Notes under the pieces: generated by a model | Told to the model about the DNA's origin: nothing | Database searches by the model: none | Seen by the model: only the letters and a program-made list of their open reading frames with translations | Assembly (NCBI GenBank): GCA_964016885.1 | Contig: CAXHJY010001478.1 | Location: 1 to 64,000 of the forward strand | Origin: Eledone cirrhosa | Lineage: Eukaryota | Direction: 5' to 3' | DNA: 64,000 nucleotides | Shown: in pieces, positions 36,085 to 49,933 of the stretch | Layout of the letters: each line of letters opens with the position of its first letter | How positions within the stretch are numbered: position 1 is the first letter of the stretch | Translations under genes and position numbers: made by a program

Positions 36085-36745
36085 TCATCATCATCGCTGC
36101 AACCACGGTTGAACATCTCTCACAAAGTCTCTCCACAATTCCCGATTTTCCATTGCTCCTGGTAATTGCTCTTTACTGAGGTTTGTATCATCTGGGAGTC
36201 GGTCAATGAATGTTCAAGTAGGTCTTCCTCTACTGCCTCACTCTTGAATTTGTTCCCATAATAGTACCTTGTGTATAACTATTGCTTACTTTACCAGCAA
36301 TGTCTCGCAGATCGTAACCGTCTTTGAGCAACTGTAGATGTTATCTTGGGCAAGTTTCTATATAAACTTTCATTTATAATACGCCGGCGCTAGTTTGTTT
36401 TGTACAACCCTACGCATATAAGGGTATACCCGATATAGTTTCTTCTCAAATGCTTGCATCAAGGTCTTTCCGATTCATACAACAACAACACTGACTCAAC
36501 AGACGTTATGACGAATTATATTTTGATTTTTCTGGATAGATCAAAATTCCATAACCTTTCCACTATGTTCAATGCAGCCCAGACCTTAGTAATGTTAATG
36601 TCCTTTTTTACGAACTTTTCATAAGATACCATTTAGCCTTTGTATTATCAAGCCCAAATCCCCGATGGCAACGAGAATTATCTTGATGTTAGGTTGTATT
36701 GACATCCCATTTGTGCATTCACAATTCTCAAGTCGGTACATAGTG
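36085..36745 (-). mobile_element. Decayed RTE-type LINE 3' fragment
   Basis: Minus-strand translation includes NESLYRNLPKITSTVAQRRLRSARHCW and a GRP motif; multiple stops/frameshifts; (GAT)n-like tail near 36085-36095. Confidence 0.65.
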
Positions 36746-37064
36746 TCAATGTTTCGATTTCTTTCAAGGCTAAGATGTCGACTCCTGGGATGTGATATCA
36801 AAGATCTGGCGTTTACGCTTATTTCTGAGAATAACAAAATTGTAAATTTAAGCGTTAAGATTCCATAAACAGCAAATCAACTGTACTGTCTTTATGTTAG
36901 ATTGCTAAAGCATAAATTTCAAACACTTTTAGAATCCCGCGTGGGTAGATAATATCTGATTATATTTATATAATTATAATTTCAACATTAATGTGGTTTT
37001 CATAAATAAAATACATCATTTAATTTCCCTATTTCATTTCAGTCACATTTTATTTGGCTTCACA

Positions 37065-37065
<1 letters not shown>

Positions 37066-37156
<91 letters not shown>

Positions 37157-37412
37157 CGTATGTGTGTATATATTCATATATATATATATGAATATATACA
37201 CACAGACATATATATATATATACATGCATACATACATATACACACGCACGTATATATATAATATATATATATACACATACATAAACACACATATATATAT
37301 ATATATATATTTTTGTACGAGTGTATATTGATGTGTATGTATGTGTCTATGTACACATGCGTGTGTATATATATGTGTGTGTGTGTATATAATGTGTATA
37401 TATATATATATG
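37066..37412. repeat. (TG)n and mixed TA/CA microsatellite
   Basis: Directly visible. Confidence 0.92.
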
Positions 37413-38718
37413 TATTACCTCTTTAACCTCTGTATTAACTCGCCCACTATTTAGCTTTGACAGTGATGTCCCATTCATGTATGTTATTGAAGATGAAAAG
37501 AAAGACTGTATTCTCATCTAATGTAGACCACACAAATTCTACTCAATGATAAATACTTCGTCGGTCAGATAAATACTGAACATTACGGCCACCTGACCTA
37601 TATTGGTGATAAACACCGGCTTATCTTTAATACACCCGACGACATGCCAAACTTATACTTCTGCTTCATGTCAGCTAGTTTTACACGCCGAAATCTAAGA
37701 TACACTATACCCCCCCCCATCTTATGTAATGTCAGGGTCTCCTCAAATAATTTATTACTAGCATTGTTGTAATTGTTGTTATTGTTCTAACTGAATGCCA
37801 TTACTACTTCATATAGTAGCCTGTATATTCCTTTCATGCCTGTATATTCTCTTCATTCTCGCATGCCCCGAAGAACTGACTGGTTATAATTTTGTATTGG
37901 CGATCGAGTAACGTGAAAACAAGCGAATAGCGATCTCTAGACCTACCAGTTCAGAGAAACAATTGTCAGCAATGAGATTAAAAACCTTTTTTGTATTGCA
38001 AACCATGTCAATCTTCTTTCCTGATTTATTATTACTCCAAGTGTTTACAACATAGGAATTACAGCATACTCGCAACATCACTATGAATACGCCTTGTTGA
38101 GTCAAACCAAGCCTAGCGTTGATATCATCCACTACCCGGAATACCATAACTGGACTACACCTAAGGGGACTGGATATAACTATTATTTGTTACCCCGTAT
38201 ATATATATATATATATATACATAAACATACATATATCTGCGTAGATATAGACATATATACGTACATATCCTATTACATCTCTCTCCCTCTCTCTAAACTT
38301 AGCTCCACAACAAATTACCAAACCATACTCAAGGACGTGCGTTTCGCTCAACGGATTCTTAAACGGATATAACCTCCCGGCTTTTACACTATATATATAT
38401 GTATATATATGTATATGTATGTATATGTATGTATATGTATGTATATGTATGTGTATGTATGTGTAATTGTATCGCAGCAATACAATTCGAATTATCTGAG
38501 TTAGTCACTATATACTCAATAATTGTTTCTACTATTGGCACAAGGCCAGCAATTATCCAGTACATTACTGGTACTATATACTCAATAATACGAATATTAA
38601 TAGATCAGAGTGGATTCATTATGATATTCTAGATTAAACCCCGAGCCTCTGTTAAAGGTATCCCAGAGTCCAATATTTTTCGACAGTAAATGTTCAAAAT
38701 CATGTAAGAAACAAGAAT

Positions 38719-38800
38719 GGAATGGCTCTTCCAGCGCATCTCCCTTACCATCCTCCAGGGGAACGCCTTCTCCCTTCTGTCCACCGGGGCTGTGGGGCGG
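38719..38800 (+). mobile_element. Second, shorter CRE-type fragment
   Basis: ggaatggctcttccagcgcatctccctt...aacgccttctcccttctgtccaccggggctgtgggg is homologous to ~20082-20160. Confidence 0.75.
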
Positions 38801-39279
38801 CCAGCACGTAGGACCCCATTTTCTCACTATACAGAGATATGGGAAGGGCGAGAGAGATGGAGGCGATGACAGTAGGAGTTCGACTCTTCCATGTTCGGAC
38901 ACATTGCACCTGACAAGAGTGTATTTTCATACTTGTGATGAACATTGTAAATTCCTATTTATAGTTTGAATCCTTAGAAAGCAAGTGTAACTTACAGTAA
39001 CGCATCCTCTATATAGCTGAATGTTATTGTAAGAATTTTGTGTCAAATATATTTTTTATAAATAAATTTAAGTAATTCTTCGTTACAGGATTGCAGAAAA
39101 AAGACCACTGTAGCTTTTACTGATTTTCCACTTATTTTTGCTTCTAGATCGAAGATCAAATCCTAGCAATGATTCTGACTCTTTACATTCAGATTTGAGT
39201 TAAGATGGCTACCGGTATATTTTCAAGCGATACACGGCAATAAAATATAAAATACTTCATTACACATACTCTTATAAGT

Positions 39280-39545
39280 GAGAGAGAGAGAGGAGGGGGT
39301 GATACAGAGAGGGAGAGAAAGGAAGGGGAGAGAAAGGAAGGGGAGAAAAAGGAGAAGGAGAGAAAGGAAGGGTGAGAAAGGGAGAGAGAGAGAGAAAGGA
39401 CAGAGAGAGAGAAAGGAAGGGAGAGAAAGGACAGAGAGAGTGAAAGGACAGAGAGAGAGAGAGAAAGGACAGAGAGAGAGAGAAAGGACAGAGAGAGAGA
39501 AAGATAGGAAGGGAGAGAAAGGAGAGGGAGAGAAAGAAAGAAAGA
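39280..39545. repeat. AG-rich low-complexity repeat
   Basis: Directly visible. Confidence 0.88.
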
Positions 39546-41340
39546 TGCCATGATATCCCAATGAACTGAATATAATTATAGTATTCAGTAGCCTTCATTA
39601 ATATCTAATTAAGTTTAGATTGATGGGAACATTGATTTATTCGTTAAGTCTTAATTATTAATTAGCATAAAATCTCGCTTTGCCTGCTATGATTGCATAA
39701 TTTTGAGGGAGATTTTGAATAAATTAGCGTTAACTTAATATCTATGATAGATCTTATTAGCGAATAACATGCTAATTACGTGCTGGAAAGTTCTTCGATT
39801 TTTTTTTAATAGGTTTTATGAATGAGTGTGTGACTATGTGTGAATTTGTGCGTGTAGTACATGTGTGCATGCGGATGTGAGTGTGCGCATGTGAATGTGT
39901 GAGTGTGTGTGAATGTGTGAGTGTGTGTGTGTGAGTGTGTGTGTGTGAATGGGTATGTATGTGTAAGTGAGTGTATATGGTTATGAAGTTTGATTCGTAC
40001 ATGTAAAGATCTGTGTTCGATTCCATTGTGTAAGTGCTATCTACATGACTGAAGTCGACCGAAGCCTTGTTAATAACGTTACGTCTTGGTAGATCGGTGG
40101 ATGGACTAAGTCTTTAATTCAAAGAGCTAGCCTTGTCAAACTCTACGACACGCTGAATTTCTCATGAGAATTACGATAAAGAGACACGTGTCTGTGGAAT
40201 GCTTACGAACATACACGTTAATTTCCCCAACTGGAATAGTCATCTTTGAAAGATGGCAGAGGTCCATTTCATCCCCTTTGTTTTTAGATCGTAGATTTAA
40301 TTAAGTAGTATGGTTAAGCATACCCATCTCGTCGAACCTAGGATGCTTTTAAGGGAATTCACTCTGTTGAAAGCAATCGGAACAAGTCTCCAACCAAAGG
40401 GTAGGTCTTCCACTTTCCAGTTGTTCAGGTCAAAAGGGCGGCAAGTGATTCGTGCTACCGCAAGTATAACAACTGGGCCTTTTCCTTTTACTATCAGCCT
40501 CAAATCTTTCGTTTTTGCTCTCTCAAACTAGGTAAGGGTTCATGGCCTAGTGGTTAGTGTGTAGAATTCACATTCATGTATTTTTGATAAAAACACTTCC
40601 TTTGAAGATGCTTTTTATGCTAGGACAGAGGGCACCTATTATTAACTCCGCCTCCCGAGACAGCCCCTGTTAGTTAGCTCGTAAGCGACCTCCAAACGAG
40701 CGTAGATGTGAGTTGTAAATTCCTTTCATTTTTATTTCTCAACTGAGCACAGCATTTGTACAGATGGATCTGTTAAGTTCAGGATTCATTTCACCTGACC
40801 AGATATCACCTCTCATCACCTCTTCCTTGATCACGTGATCCACTGGCACAAATCTACAGATGGCTGTGCATCTACAATTTCCGCTTGTCACATCGGTGTA
40901 AATTCGATTCTAAAACCCAGGCAAAGAGATGCCTAGGTCTTGCTGAGTTGGATAGCAAATACCTTTCCCCATATATCGAGTAATGTCTTATTCCTTTTTG
41001 GTTTTGTTTTTTACGGAGAAATCAAGACCCGAGAGATCAATTTTGTCAATGTTCTGTTCAAATTATTGAAGGTCCACTCTTAAGAAATAGATAATACATA
41101 AACAGAAAGGGCTAAACGTAGGAACTACTACTACCACCTCCATAATCATCATCATCATCATCATCATTAAGTAATTCGCTTTGCTGACAGCATCTCATTT
41201 AATCTGGATTTCTTCACGTATTCTGAAAAAAATTGTCTCGAGACATTTATTCCATTGAGGACATTGTGAATATCACAACTTCGTATTTCTTTACTAACAC
41301 TTTATATGAATGCAACTAATCAGTGTTATTATTACTATCC

Positions 41341-41377
<37 letters not shown>

Positions 41378-41838
41378 TACTACTGCTGCTACTACTACTA
41401 CGCGTACAGATGTTGAATGCGAGGAAATATTTCAGATCCTCTGTTATAGAATTTTATTTATCTGTACCATCAAAGCAATCTCAGATGATGAAAGGCTTCA
41501 CACACACAGACACACACACACATTCAATAGCAGCATATGAAAAATAACTGTATATCATCAGCTCTAGCAGAAATTGCATCTTCTACTCTTTAGTACACTT
41601 TGGCATAGAGAGGCAAAATGGAAAGGACAAAAAACACATGGTAAAATATCCTTCGAAGAAAAGAGAAAGAAGATATACCATAGAGAGAAAGTATTAATTC
41701 AAGCCACATATCTTAGCAGACGATAGCAAAGTGGAAAAATAACTTCAAAGATTAATAACAAAAGACCCATTTAAATGGCAAATTGTTAGCATAATATTAC
41801 ATAGAGAGTTTAGTCGGTTGAAGAAGTAAGAATATTAA

Positions 41839-41839
<1 letters not shown>

Positions 41840-41927
<88 letters not shown>

Positions 41928-42011
41928 GTATGTGTTTGTGTCCGCGCGCATGTGATAGAGATTGGTTATGTGTGTATATATATATATATGTATAAATATA
42001 TATACACATGC

Positions 42012-42046
<35 letters not shown>

Positions 42047-42515
42047 AATACATATACATTATGTACATATGTAGATATACTTGTACAAATACATATATAC
42101 AAATACATACATATATACAAATACATACATATATACATATACATACACATACATATATACATACATATATACATATACATACATATATACATATACATAC
42201 ATATATATATATATACAAATACATACATATATACATATATATATATACAAATACATATATATACATATATATATATACAAATACATACATATATACATAT
42301 ATATATACATATATATATATATACAAATACATACATATATATATATATACAAATACATACATATATACATATATATACATATATATATATATATACAAAT
42401 ACATACATATATATATATATACATATATATTATATATATATATATACAAATACATACATATATACATATATATACAAATACATACATATATATACATATA
42501 CATACATATATACAT

Positions 42516-42548
<33 letters not shown>

Positions 42549-42827
42549 CAAATACATGCATATATACATATACATACATATATATATATACAAATACATA
42601 CATATATACATATACATACATATATATATATACAAATACATACATATATATATATACACATACATATATATATATATATACAAATACATACATATATATA
42701 TATATATACAAATACATACATATATACATATACATACATATATATATATATACATACATACATATTATATATATATATATATATATATACATACAAATAC
42801 ATACATATATACATATATGCATACATA
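41840..42827. repeat. (TG)n followed by tacaaatacatacatata-type minisatellite/(TA)n
   Basis: Directly visible. Confidence 0.9.
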
Positions 42828-43266
42828 TCGGAGATCGGAAGCAGTACCATTATTACGTCGCTTTCATATGACTGTTGGAAATGATTCAAGATGGTTGAAT
42901 ACCGAAATAAGGTAAAAGAAAATATAGCAATCATATTTGAGTATTCCAAAGCATCTTTATCAGACATTTCATGTCACAAAATTACATTCAGATATTGAAT
43001 AAAAGGAAAAGTGTTGAGGCGCAGAAATGGAGTTCGGACGTGATTGAGACCAATAAAAAACGGACGACACCATACAACATCTATTGATATTATTATTGGG
43101 AATATAATTACTGATTCAAGTAATTATATGCAATTTTTTGAATTCCCTCTTTTTCATTTATCAATCGTATTAATGCTCTTGATCCGAGGTTTGTATCACG
43201 TGCGTAGAAACATGTGTGTATCAATGGCAACATGAGATATCCTCACTATCTATCTATCTATCTATA

Positions 43267-43478
<212 letters not shown>

Positions 43479-43767
43479 AAAACGAAACCATAATGATATT
43501 GAAATATATTTCAAAATGGCAACTTTTAGCACATATTGAGCAGCTGAAGGTTAAATAAATGTTTCGCTCTTTAGCAGGATGTTATTTTGTCGTAGTTTAC
43601 CTCTCCATTCTGCATACGTTTGTTTGTTTCCTTCACAATCCATTACCCCAGACCAGGTAAGGTTTGCCATTTATTTCTGTTAAGAGCAATACATTTAATA
43701 TCATTGTCGAGGTAAGTGGCTGACCAGGAAGATGGATTGACTATGTATGTATGTATGTATGTATATA

Positions 43768-43950
43768 TAGAATCGGGATTCGCCGGCTGAGCTCTTGTTT
43801 CAACAACTAGTTCCAGACGCTAGAGCTAGCTGGTGAAACAGCAAGAGCTCAGCCGTCGGGCTTCGACTCTTCTAATTATAGCCATACTCTATTATCCAAA
43901 GTATCGAGTACTCTGTTGAATAATGGTCTACTTAGTCTAACATCAGTTCA
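43768..43950 (+). mobile_element. Short hairpin element with ATACTC..GAGTAC tail; relative of 17298-17475
   Basis: ggctgagctcttg...caagagctcagcc hairpin, then ccatactctattatccaaagtatcgagtactctgtt; (TA)n follows. Confidence 0.72.
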
Positions 43951-43954
43951 ATCC

Positions 43955-43985
<31 letters not shown>

Positions 43986-44120
43986 GATATATATATATAT
44001 ATATATATAATATATATATATATTGCCTATGTACTAGACGATCAATATATACTCTTTATACTTTGATTTCATTAAACATACGGAGTGAGTATTAAATCAT
44101 TTAACTGATAACGTTTCAAC

Positions 44121-44170
<50 letters not shown>

Positions 44171-44174
<4 letters not shown>

Positions 44175-46026
44175 TATAGACATAGAATATTCGAAAATAT
44201 TCTGTATGTTTATAATAAACATTTTGAAGACCTAATCGCTATAGAATAGAATACGTCACGTATTACAATTAGATTCTCGATAAAAGCAAGGGAAGTAATC
44301 TACGCGTTTCATTCTTGTTAGAATTCATCAGGACTACATATCCAGTGCTTTTATCGAGAATGACACAGCTAGAGACTTATAGAATACTTAGCTGTGTACA
44401 GGAACTGGTTTGAAAGAGCGGTTGCCGGTCCGGCAGAAATTAGAAATTGGAATAAATGCTCTGAAATAGCGATATATATGTGAATATAGACATAGAATAT
44501 TCGAAAATATTCTGTATGTTTATAATAAACATTTTGAAGACCTAATCGCTATAGAATAGAATACGTCACGTATTACAATTAGATTCTCGATAAAAGCAAG
44601 GGAAGTAATCTACGCGTTTCATTCTTGTTAGAATTCATCAGGACTACATATCCAGTGCTTTTATCGAGAATGACACAGCTAGAGACTTATAGAATACTTA
44701 GCTGTGTACAGGAACTGGTTTGAAAGAGCGGTTGCCGGTCCGGCAGAAATTAGAAATTGGAATAAATGCTCTGAAATAGCGATATATATGTGAATATAGA
44801 CATAGAATATTCGAAAATATTCTGTATGTTTATAATAAACATTTTGAAGACCTAATCGCTATAGAATAGAATACGTCACGTATTACAATTAGATTCTCGA
44901 TAAAAGCAAGGGAAGTAATCTACGCGTTTCATTCTTGTTAGAATTCATCAGGACTACATATCCAGTGCTTTTATCGAGAATGACACAGCTAGAGACTTAT
45001 ATTTTCGAATATTCTATGTCTATATTCACATATATATATATTTTCGAATATTCTATGTCTATATTCACATATATATCGCTATTTCAGAGCATTTATTCCA
45101 ATTTCTAATTTCTGCCGGACCGGCAACCGCTCTTTCAAACCAGTTCCTGTACACAGCTAAGTATTCTATAAGTCTCTAGCTGTGTCATTCTCGATAAAAG
45201 CACTGGATATGTAGTCCTGATGAATTCTAACAAGAATGAAACGCGTAGATTACTTCCCTTGCTTTTATCGAGAATCTAATTGTAATACGTGACGTATTCT
45301 ATTCTATAGCGATTAGGTCTTCAAAATGTTTATTATAAACATACAGAATATTTTCGAATATTCTATGTCTATATTCACATATATATCGCTATTTCAGAGC
45401 ATTTATTCCAATTTCTAATTTCTGCCGGACCGGCAACCGCTCTTTCAAACCAGTTCCTGTACACAGCTAAGTATTCTATAAGTCTCTAGCTGTGTCATTC
45501 TCGATAAAAGCACTGGATATGTAGTCCTGATGAATTCTAACAAGAATGAAACGCGTAGATTACTTCCCTTGCTTTTATCGAGAATCTAATTGTAATACGT
45601 GACGTATTCTATTCTATAGCGATTAGGTCTTCAAAATGTTTATTATAAACATACAGAATATTTTCGAATATTCTATGTCTATATTCACATATATATCGCT
45701 ATTTCAGAGCATTTATTCCAATTTCTAATTTCTGCCGGACCGGCAACCGCTCTTTCAAACCAGTTCCTGTACACAGCTAAGTATTCTATAAGTCTCTAGC
45801 TGTGTCATTCTCGATAAAAGCACTGGATATGTAGTCCTGATGAATTCTAACAAGAATGAAACGCGTAGATTACTTCCCTTGCTTTTATCGAGAATCTAAT
45901 TGTAATACGTGACGTATTCTATTCTATAGCGATTAGGTCTTCAAAATGTTTATTATAAACATACAGAATATTTTCGAATATTCTATGTCTATATTCACAT
46001 ATATATCGCTATTTCAGAGCATTTAT

Positions 46027-46031
<5 letters not shown>
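44171..46031. mobile_element. Retrozyme-like array: 310-bp hammerhead unit, ~2.7 copies in one orientation then ~3.2 inverted copies, bounded by (TA)n
   Basis: Units start at 44171, 44481 and 44791 (partial, to 45000). After a 40-nt junction duplication at 45001-45040, inverted units start at 45041, 45351, 45661 and 45971 (partial). Copies look identical. Confidence 0.9.
45187..45275 (+). ncRNA. Type I hammerhead with palindromic stem III and extended stem I (also at +310 and +620; minus-strand copies at ~44273-44361, +310 and +620)
   Basis: attctcgataaaagca-ctggatat-gtagtc-CTGATGA-attc taacaa gaat-GAAA-cgcg-TA-gattac-ttccct-tgcttttatcgagaat. Intact core, stem II attc/gaat, ACGCGT stem III, GUA site, 16-bp distal stem I beyond an internal loop. 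Confidence 0.9.
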
Positions 46032-46075
<44 letters not shown>

Positions 46076-46434
46076 GACTTTTTAAACTTTTACTTTCCAT
46101 ATGTGTTATAGATAGATATTTGTCTGTTACATCTATTTGTAGAACCAACTTAACTGAATAATAAGTACATTTAGATAAGATTTATTACATTTGCAATTTT
46201 GTTATTTTAACAGCAAATAAAGAATAACCAGGAAAATGTCATAAGAAGCTAGAAAGGTAACTATAAGCTGGCCGAGCACCAAATTAGATATTATCTGAGC
46301 ATCAGCATCACGAGAAATTACTAGTCTTTCAAAGATGTTATTGTTCAACGAAGACAGAAGACATGTTATGTTTCTATATTTGGCATTATAACAACAACAA
46401 TACTGGTGAGGATAATGATGTGAATGAAAATATA

Positions 46435-46742
46435 GAAGAAGGAAGAAGAAGGAAGAAGGAAGAAGAAGGAAGAAAAAGGAAGAAGGAAGAAGAAAAAAAA
46501 GAAGAAAAATAAAAATAAAAACAAAAAGAAAAACAAAAAGAAATAGAAAAAAAGAAAAAGAAAAAAAGAAAAAAGAAAAAAAAGAAAAAGAAGAAAAAGA
46601 AAGAGAAGAAAAAGAAAAAGAAGAAAAAGAAGAAAAAGAGAAAGAAGAAAAAGAAGAAGAAAAAGAAGAAAAGGAAAAAGAAGAAAAGGAAAAAGAAGAA
46701 AAGGAAAAAGAAAAGGAAAAAGAAGAAAAGGAAAAAGAAGAA
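46435..46742. repeat. GAA/GAAAAA-rich tract
   Basis: Directly visible. Confidence 0.9.
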
Positions 46743-47592
46743 TATGAGAAAATGCCCCAAAGATTGACGGACAAGGAAATATTTTTTTATTTCTCAGGAA
46801 CAATTTGATTTAAAGTGACAATTTAGTTGTAGGAAGTTTTGCTCCGAATATTGCTATGATTTGAGCAGAACACGTCAAAGTTCTCCCATTAGAACCAAAA
46901 TAAAGCAACAACAACAATAATAATAATAATAATAATAGTAATGTATAAAAATCAATGTTTTTTGTCTTCAACAGTTTATGTCATATTTATGACTAGGGGA
47001 GTAAGAAGTCGATGCAATAATAATTCCTCGTAAACAATTTTTCTGAAGTTATTCTATTTAATATTCAATTTATGTGATGGAAATTATCCACCCATGGGCC
47101 TAGAATTCGTGATTGATTAGTTGGGCAACTGTCGCACATCATGGGCATATTAAAATCTGGTAGTGACCACCATCCATCTCCATGTCTGAGCACAGCTGGT
47201 TCGTGCAGAGAAAGACAAGAGAAAGTGTGTATGTGTGAGTGAGATAGAAATAGAGAGAGAAAGAGGTGCTAGAGATAATCGCTTCGAGTAGTTGACTGGT
47301 ACTTTATTTATCGACTTCAAGAGGATGACATGCTAAATCGATCTTAGTGGGATCTAAATTCAGAGCGCAGAGTCACTGACAGTTCGCCCCTTTTGTAAAA
47401 ATTAGACAGGCTGGGAATCGTTTTATACACGTTAATTCACGTTACAGATACAGGTGTGGGTGAAATAGTCAAAATACTGAACTACGTACACACTAATTCA
47501 TGAGTTTAGAAGATCTAAAAATGAAATGCTCGTCGTTGAAAATGACAGAGAATGAACCATCTGTTGTGCGTTTAAGGCGAATTACATAAAGT

Positions 47593-48028
47593 AAAGAACC
47601 CATTCGGTCACGAATGACCATGAGATTTATACCTAGAGAGTCCCCCTCCAGGGCACAAGTTCGGGTAATGTATTTTTGTGTGTGTGTGTATATGTGTGTG
47701 TAGAAGACGAGCAGTCACCCCAGAATACCAGTCTCCCCTCTCCACGCCACCGCTATCATCCAAGGGAAAGGCATGGGTTGATGCACCTTGGCACCAGTGA
47801 CGTCGAAGCTCATATATACACTATATATGCTCTCAAAGGGAAAGGAAAATACCGATACAGCTTGGTACCAGTGACGCCGCAACTCATTTTTGCAGCTGAG
47901 TGAACTGGAGCAACGTGAAATAAAGTGTCTTGCTCAAGAACACAACACAGAATCCGGTCCGAGAATCGAAGTCACAACTTCACGATTGTAAGCCCAACGC
48001 TCTAACCATCTAAGCCAAACGCCTGCAC
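47593..48028 (-). mobile_element. tRNA-derived SINE, second family (CORE-like block), with an internal duplication
   Basis: Minus-strand head tggcttagatggttagagcgttgggcttacaatc...ttcgattctc (tRNA-like), then cttgagcaagacactttatttcacgttgctccagttcactcagctg. Confidence 0.78.
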
Positions 48029-48175
48029 AATATATGGCTAAATAGATAATGAGGATGGCAGAGAGAAAGAGAGTGGGAATGTGAGAGTAAGAGAGATGAA
48101 GGTGAGGCCGATGGTGAGTAACGTTCAATGGAAACTTATGTAAAACAATAAACTAAGGAAGTAACTGAATCTTAC

Positions 48176-48274
48176 TTTATAAAATCCTGTCTGAATAAAC
48201 GTCTGCTTGCTTCCCATATCTCGTAGATGTGCTGCAATTGTGTCTCCAGATGCCGAGCTGATCATAGATGTTCT
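48176..48274 (-). CDS. Exon of receptor guanylyl cyclase, juxtamembrane/start of kinase-homology domain: RTSMISSASGDTIAAHLRDMGSKQTFIQTGFYK
   Basis: Minus strand: ttttttttacag acceptor, 99 nt phase-0 exon, gtaaga donor. Ends in Q.F..TG.YK like the NPR exon ending QVFAKTAYYK, and joins in frame to 35709. Confidence 0.88.
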
Positions 48275-49249
48275 CTGTAAAAAAAACACACACACAGAAA
48301 AAACAAATTAACAATAAAAAAGTAATACAAATAAATGTAGAAGAGGACGAGGAGGAGAAAACATTAAAGTGATTCCTTTAAAAATATTTGTTTGTTTTTG
48401 TTGCTGTCTCTAAAGTTGCTGCACTTTCACAATATATTCAGTATATGTATGTGAGATATTTTTTCTGAGATAGATTTCAATGTATTGATATATATTTGAT
48501 GATAATGATAATGAATTTGGAAAATAAATAACAATAACATATAACATAAATCACATCACACAAACACAATACACAAAGAGTTAAAACACATCTTTCAGGG
48601 TGGAATATACTGGTTCGGTTTCTTTTATTTCTTTAATCTAAAATCAGATCTTGACTGAGTTGTGTAGTTTTGTGGTAAATCAGTTCTTACGAAAAAAAAA
48701 AATAACAAAAACACAAATACAGAAGAAAAAAAAAAAAAATCACACATACACCTAAAGTATATCTAATTAGACTGAGTGAAATATATTTCACTGTCTTAAA
48801 CAGCTGATACCTTTACCATGCAAAATGTGTTTCACATCCAAGTTCTCACTAATGCATCTCTGCTGCTTTATTTCTTTTATATTATATTACATTATATTAG
48901 AACTAACCTATAACAGAGAATAAGTTGGGGAAATTGTAACTTTAAAACATCACCCACTATAGTAGATACTTATTTACATTTTATATATACCATGTTTATT
49001 ACTTGTACACTTGTGTTGGGGTAAAGCGATTGTGCTACAAGGAGAAACATTACTTCAAACAACAAATATTAGATCTATACAACTTGAAATAAATATACCT
49101 TTCATATAAAGCTGACCCTAGCTTTTATACCCACTATCATTATAACTAGTAAACTAGTGCAACGATATCCAAACCTGTGTTATTATGAATCCAAAAGGGT
49201 TCATTAAAATATTTTGGGGGTTTGTGAAAAAGGGGATTCTTACAGACAT

Positions 49250-49431
49250 CGTAAGAAAAGTTTGATCAGCATTTTTAATATTAAGTAAAATATTCATGGG
49301 GGTGGGGGCAATTAAATTAACCCCAGCTTTAAACCACTGCCCTTCCTGCCAAGTACTGGGGTTAATTTAATTTCCCCCTCCCCCACAAACATTTTACTTT
49401 ATATCAAAAATGCTGATCAAATTTTCTTACG
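49250..49431. repeat. Imperfect inverted repeat (~75-bp arms)
   Basis: cgtaagaaaa.tttgatcagcattttt...aattaaattaaccccag / ctggggttaatttaatt...aaaaatgctgatcaaattttcttacg. Confidence 0.75.
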
Positions 49432-49727
49432 TTAAAATAAAGTGCCGGGGGTCAATTTAATTAAATTTTCCCCTCTCCCCAAAATTGTTGGCCTTGTGGC
49501 TATAGTAGAAATCATTAATTTCAATAAGTAAAGAATGTTCTGTTTCCCAACGAAGTTAACGCTGTCTGAATCATGCATCTGAGAATGCTTCAAAGAATTA
49601 GATTATAAGATATTAAAAGCGAAATTCTGTTAAACATTCCGATCTAAAATATTTAAATAGTTCACTGCTCTAAAATAGAAAAGAAAGTTATTGGGAATAC
49701 ACCATAAGATGATGTTTATTGGAAATA

Positions 49728-49933
49728 TATGGTGGGCCAAAAATAATTTCTTACCTATTTTTATTAATAAAACGTTACAAATTAACTCAAAACTAATTTT
49801 TATTATCTTTAAATTAAATTTCGCAATTAGATCTTGTTTTTGTTCAACTTTAATCTGAAAAAGATATTACAATAATTATAAAAAAAATAATTATAAATTT
49901 TTAAAAATAGGAAGTGACTTTTGGCCCACCCTG
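49728..49933. mobile_element. Tc1/mariner-like MITE
   Basis: Termini ggtgggccaaaa...cctattttt and aaaaataggaagtgacttttggcccaccctg, with TA flanks. Confidence 0.6.

Noticed and set aside
40642-40700. taactccgcct resembling the 5' part of a twister ribozyme
   Set aside because: The downstream GCCGGTCCCAAGC-type segment and pseudoknot pairings are absent.
44171-46031. Regular repeats resembling a CRISPR array
   Set aside because: Units are identical over the full 310 bp with no unique spacers; eukaryotic context and no cas genes.
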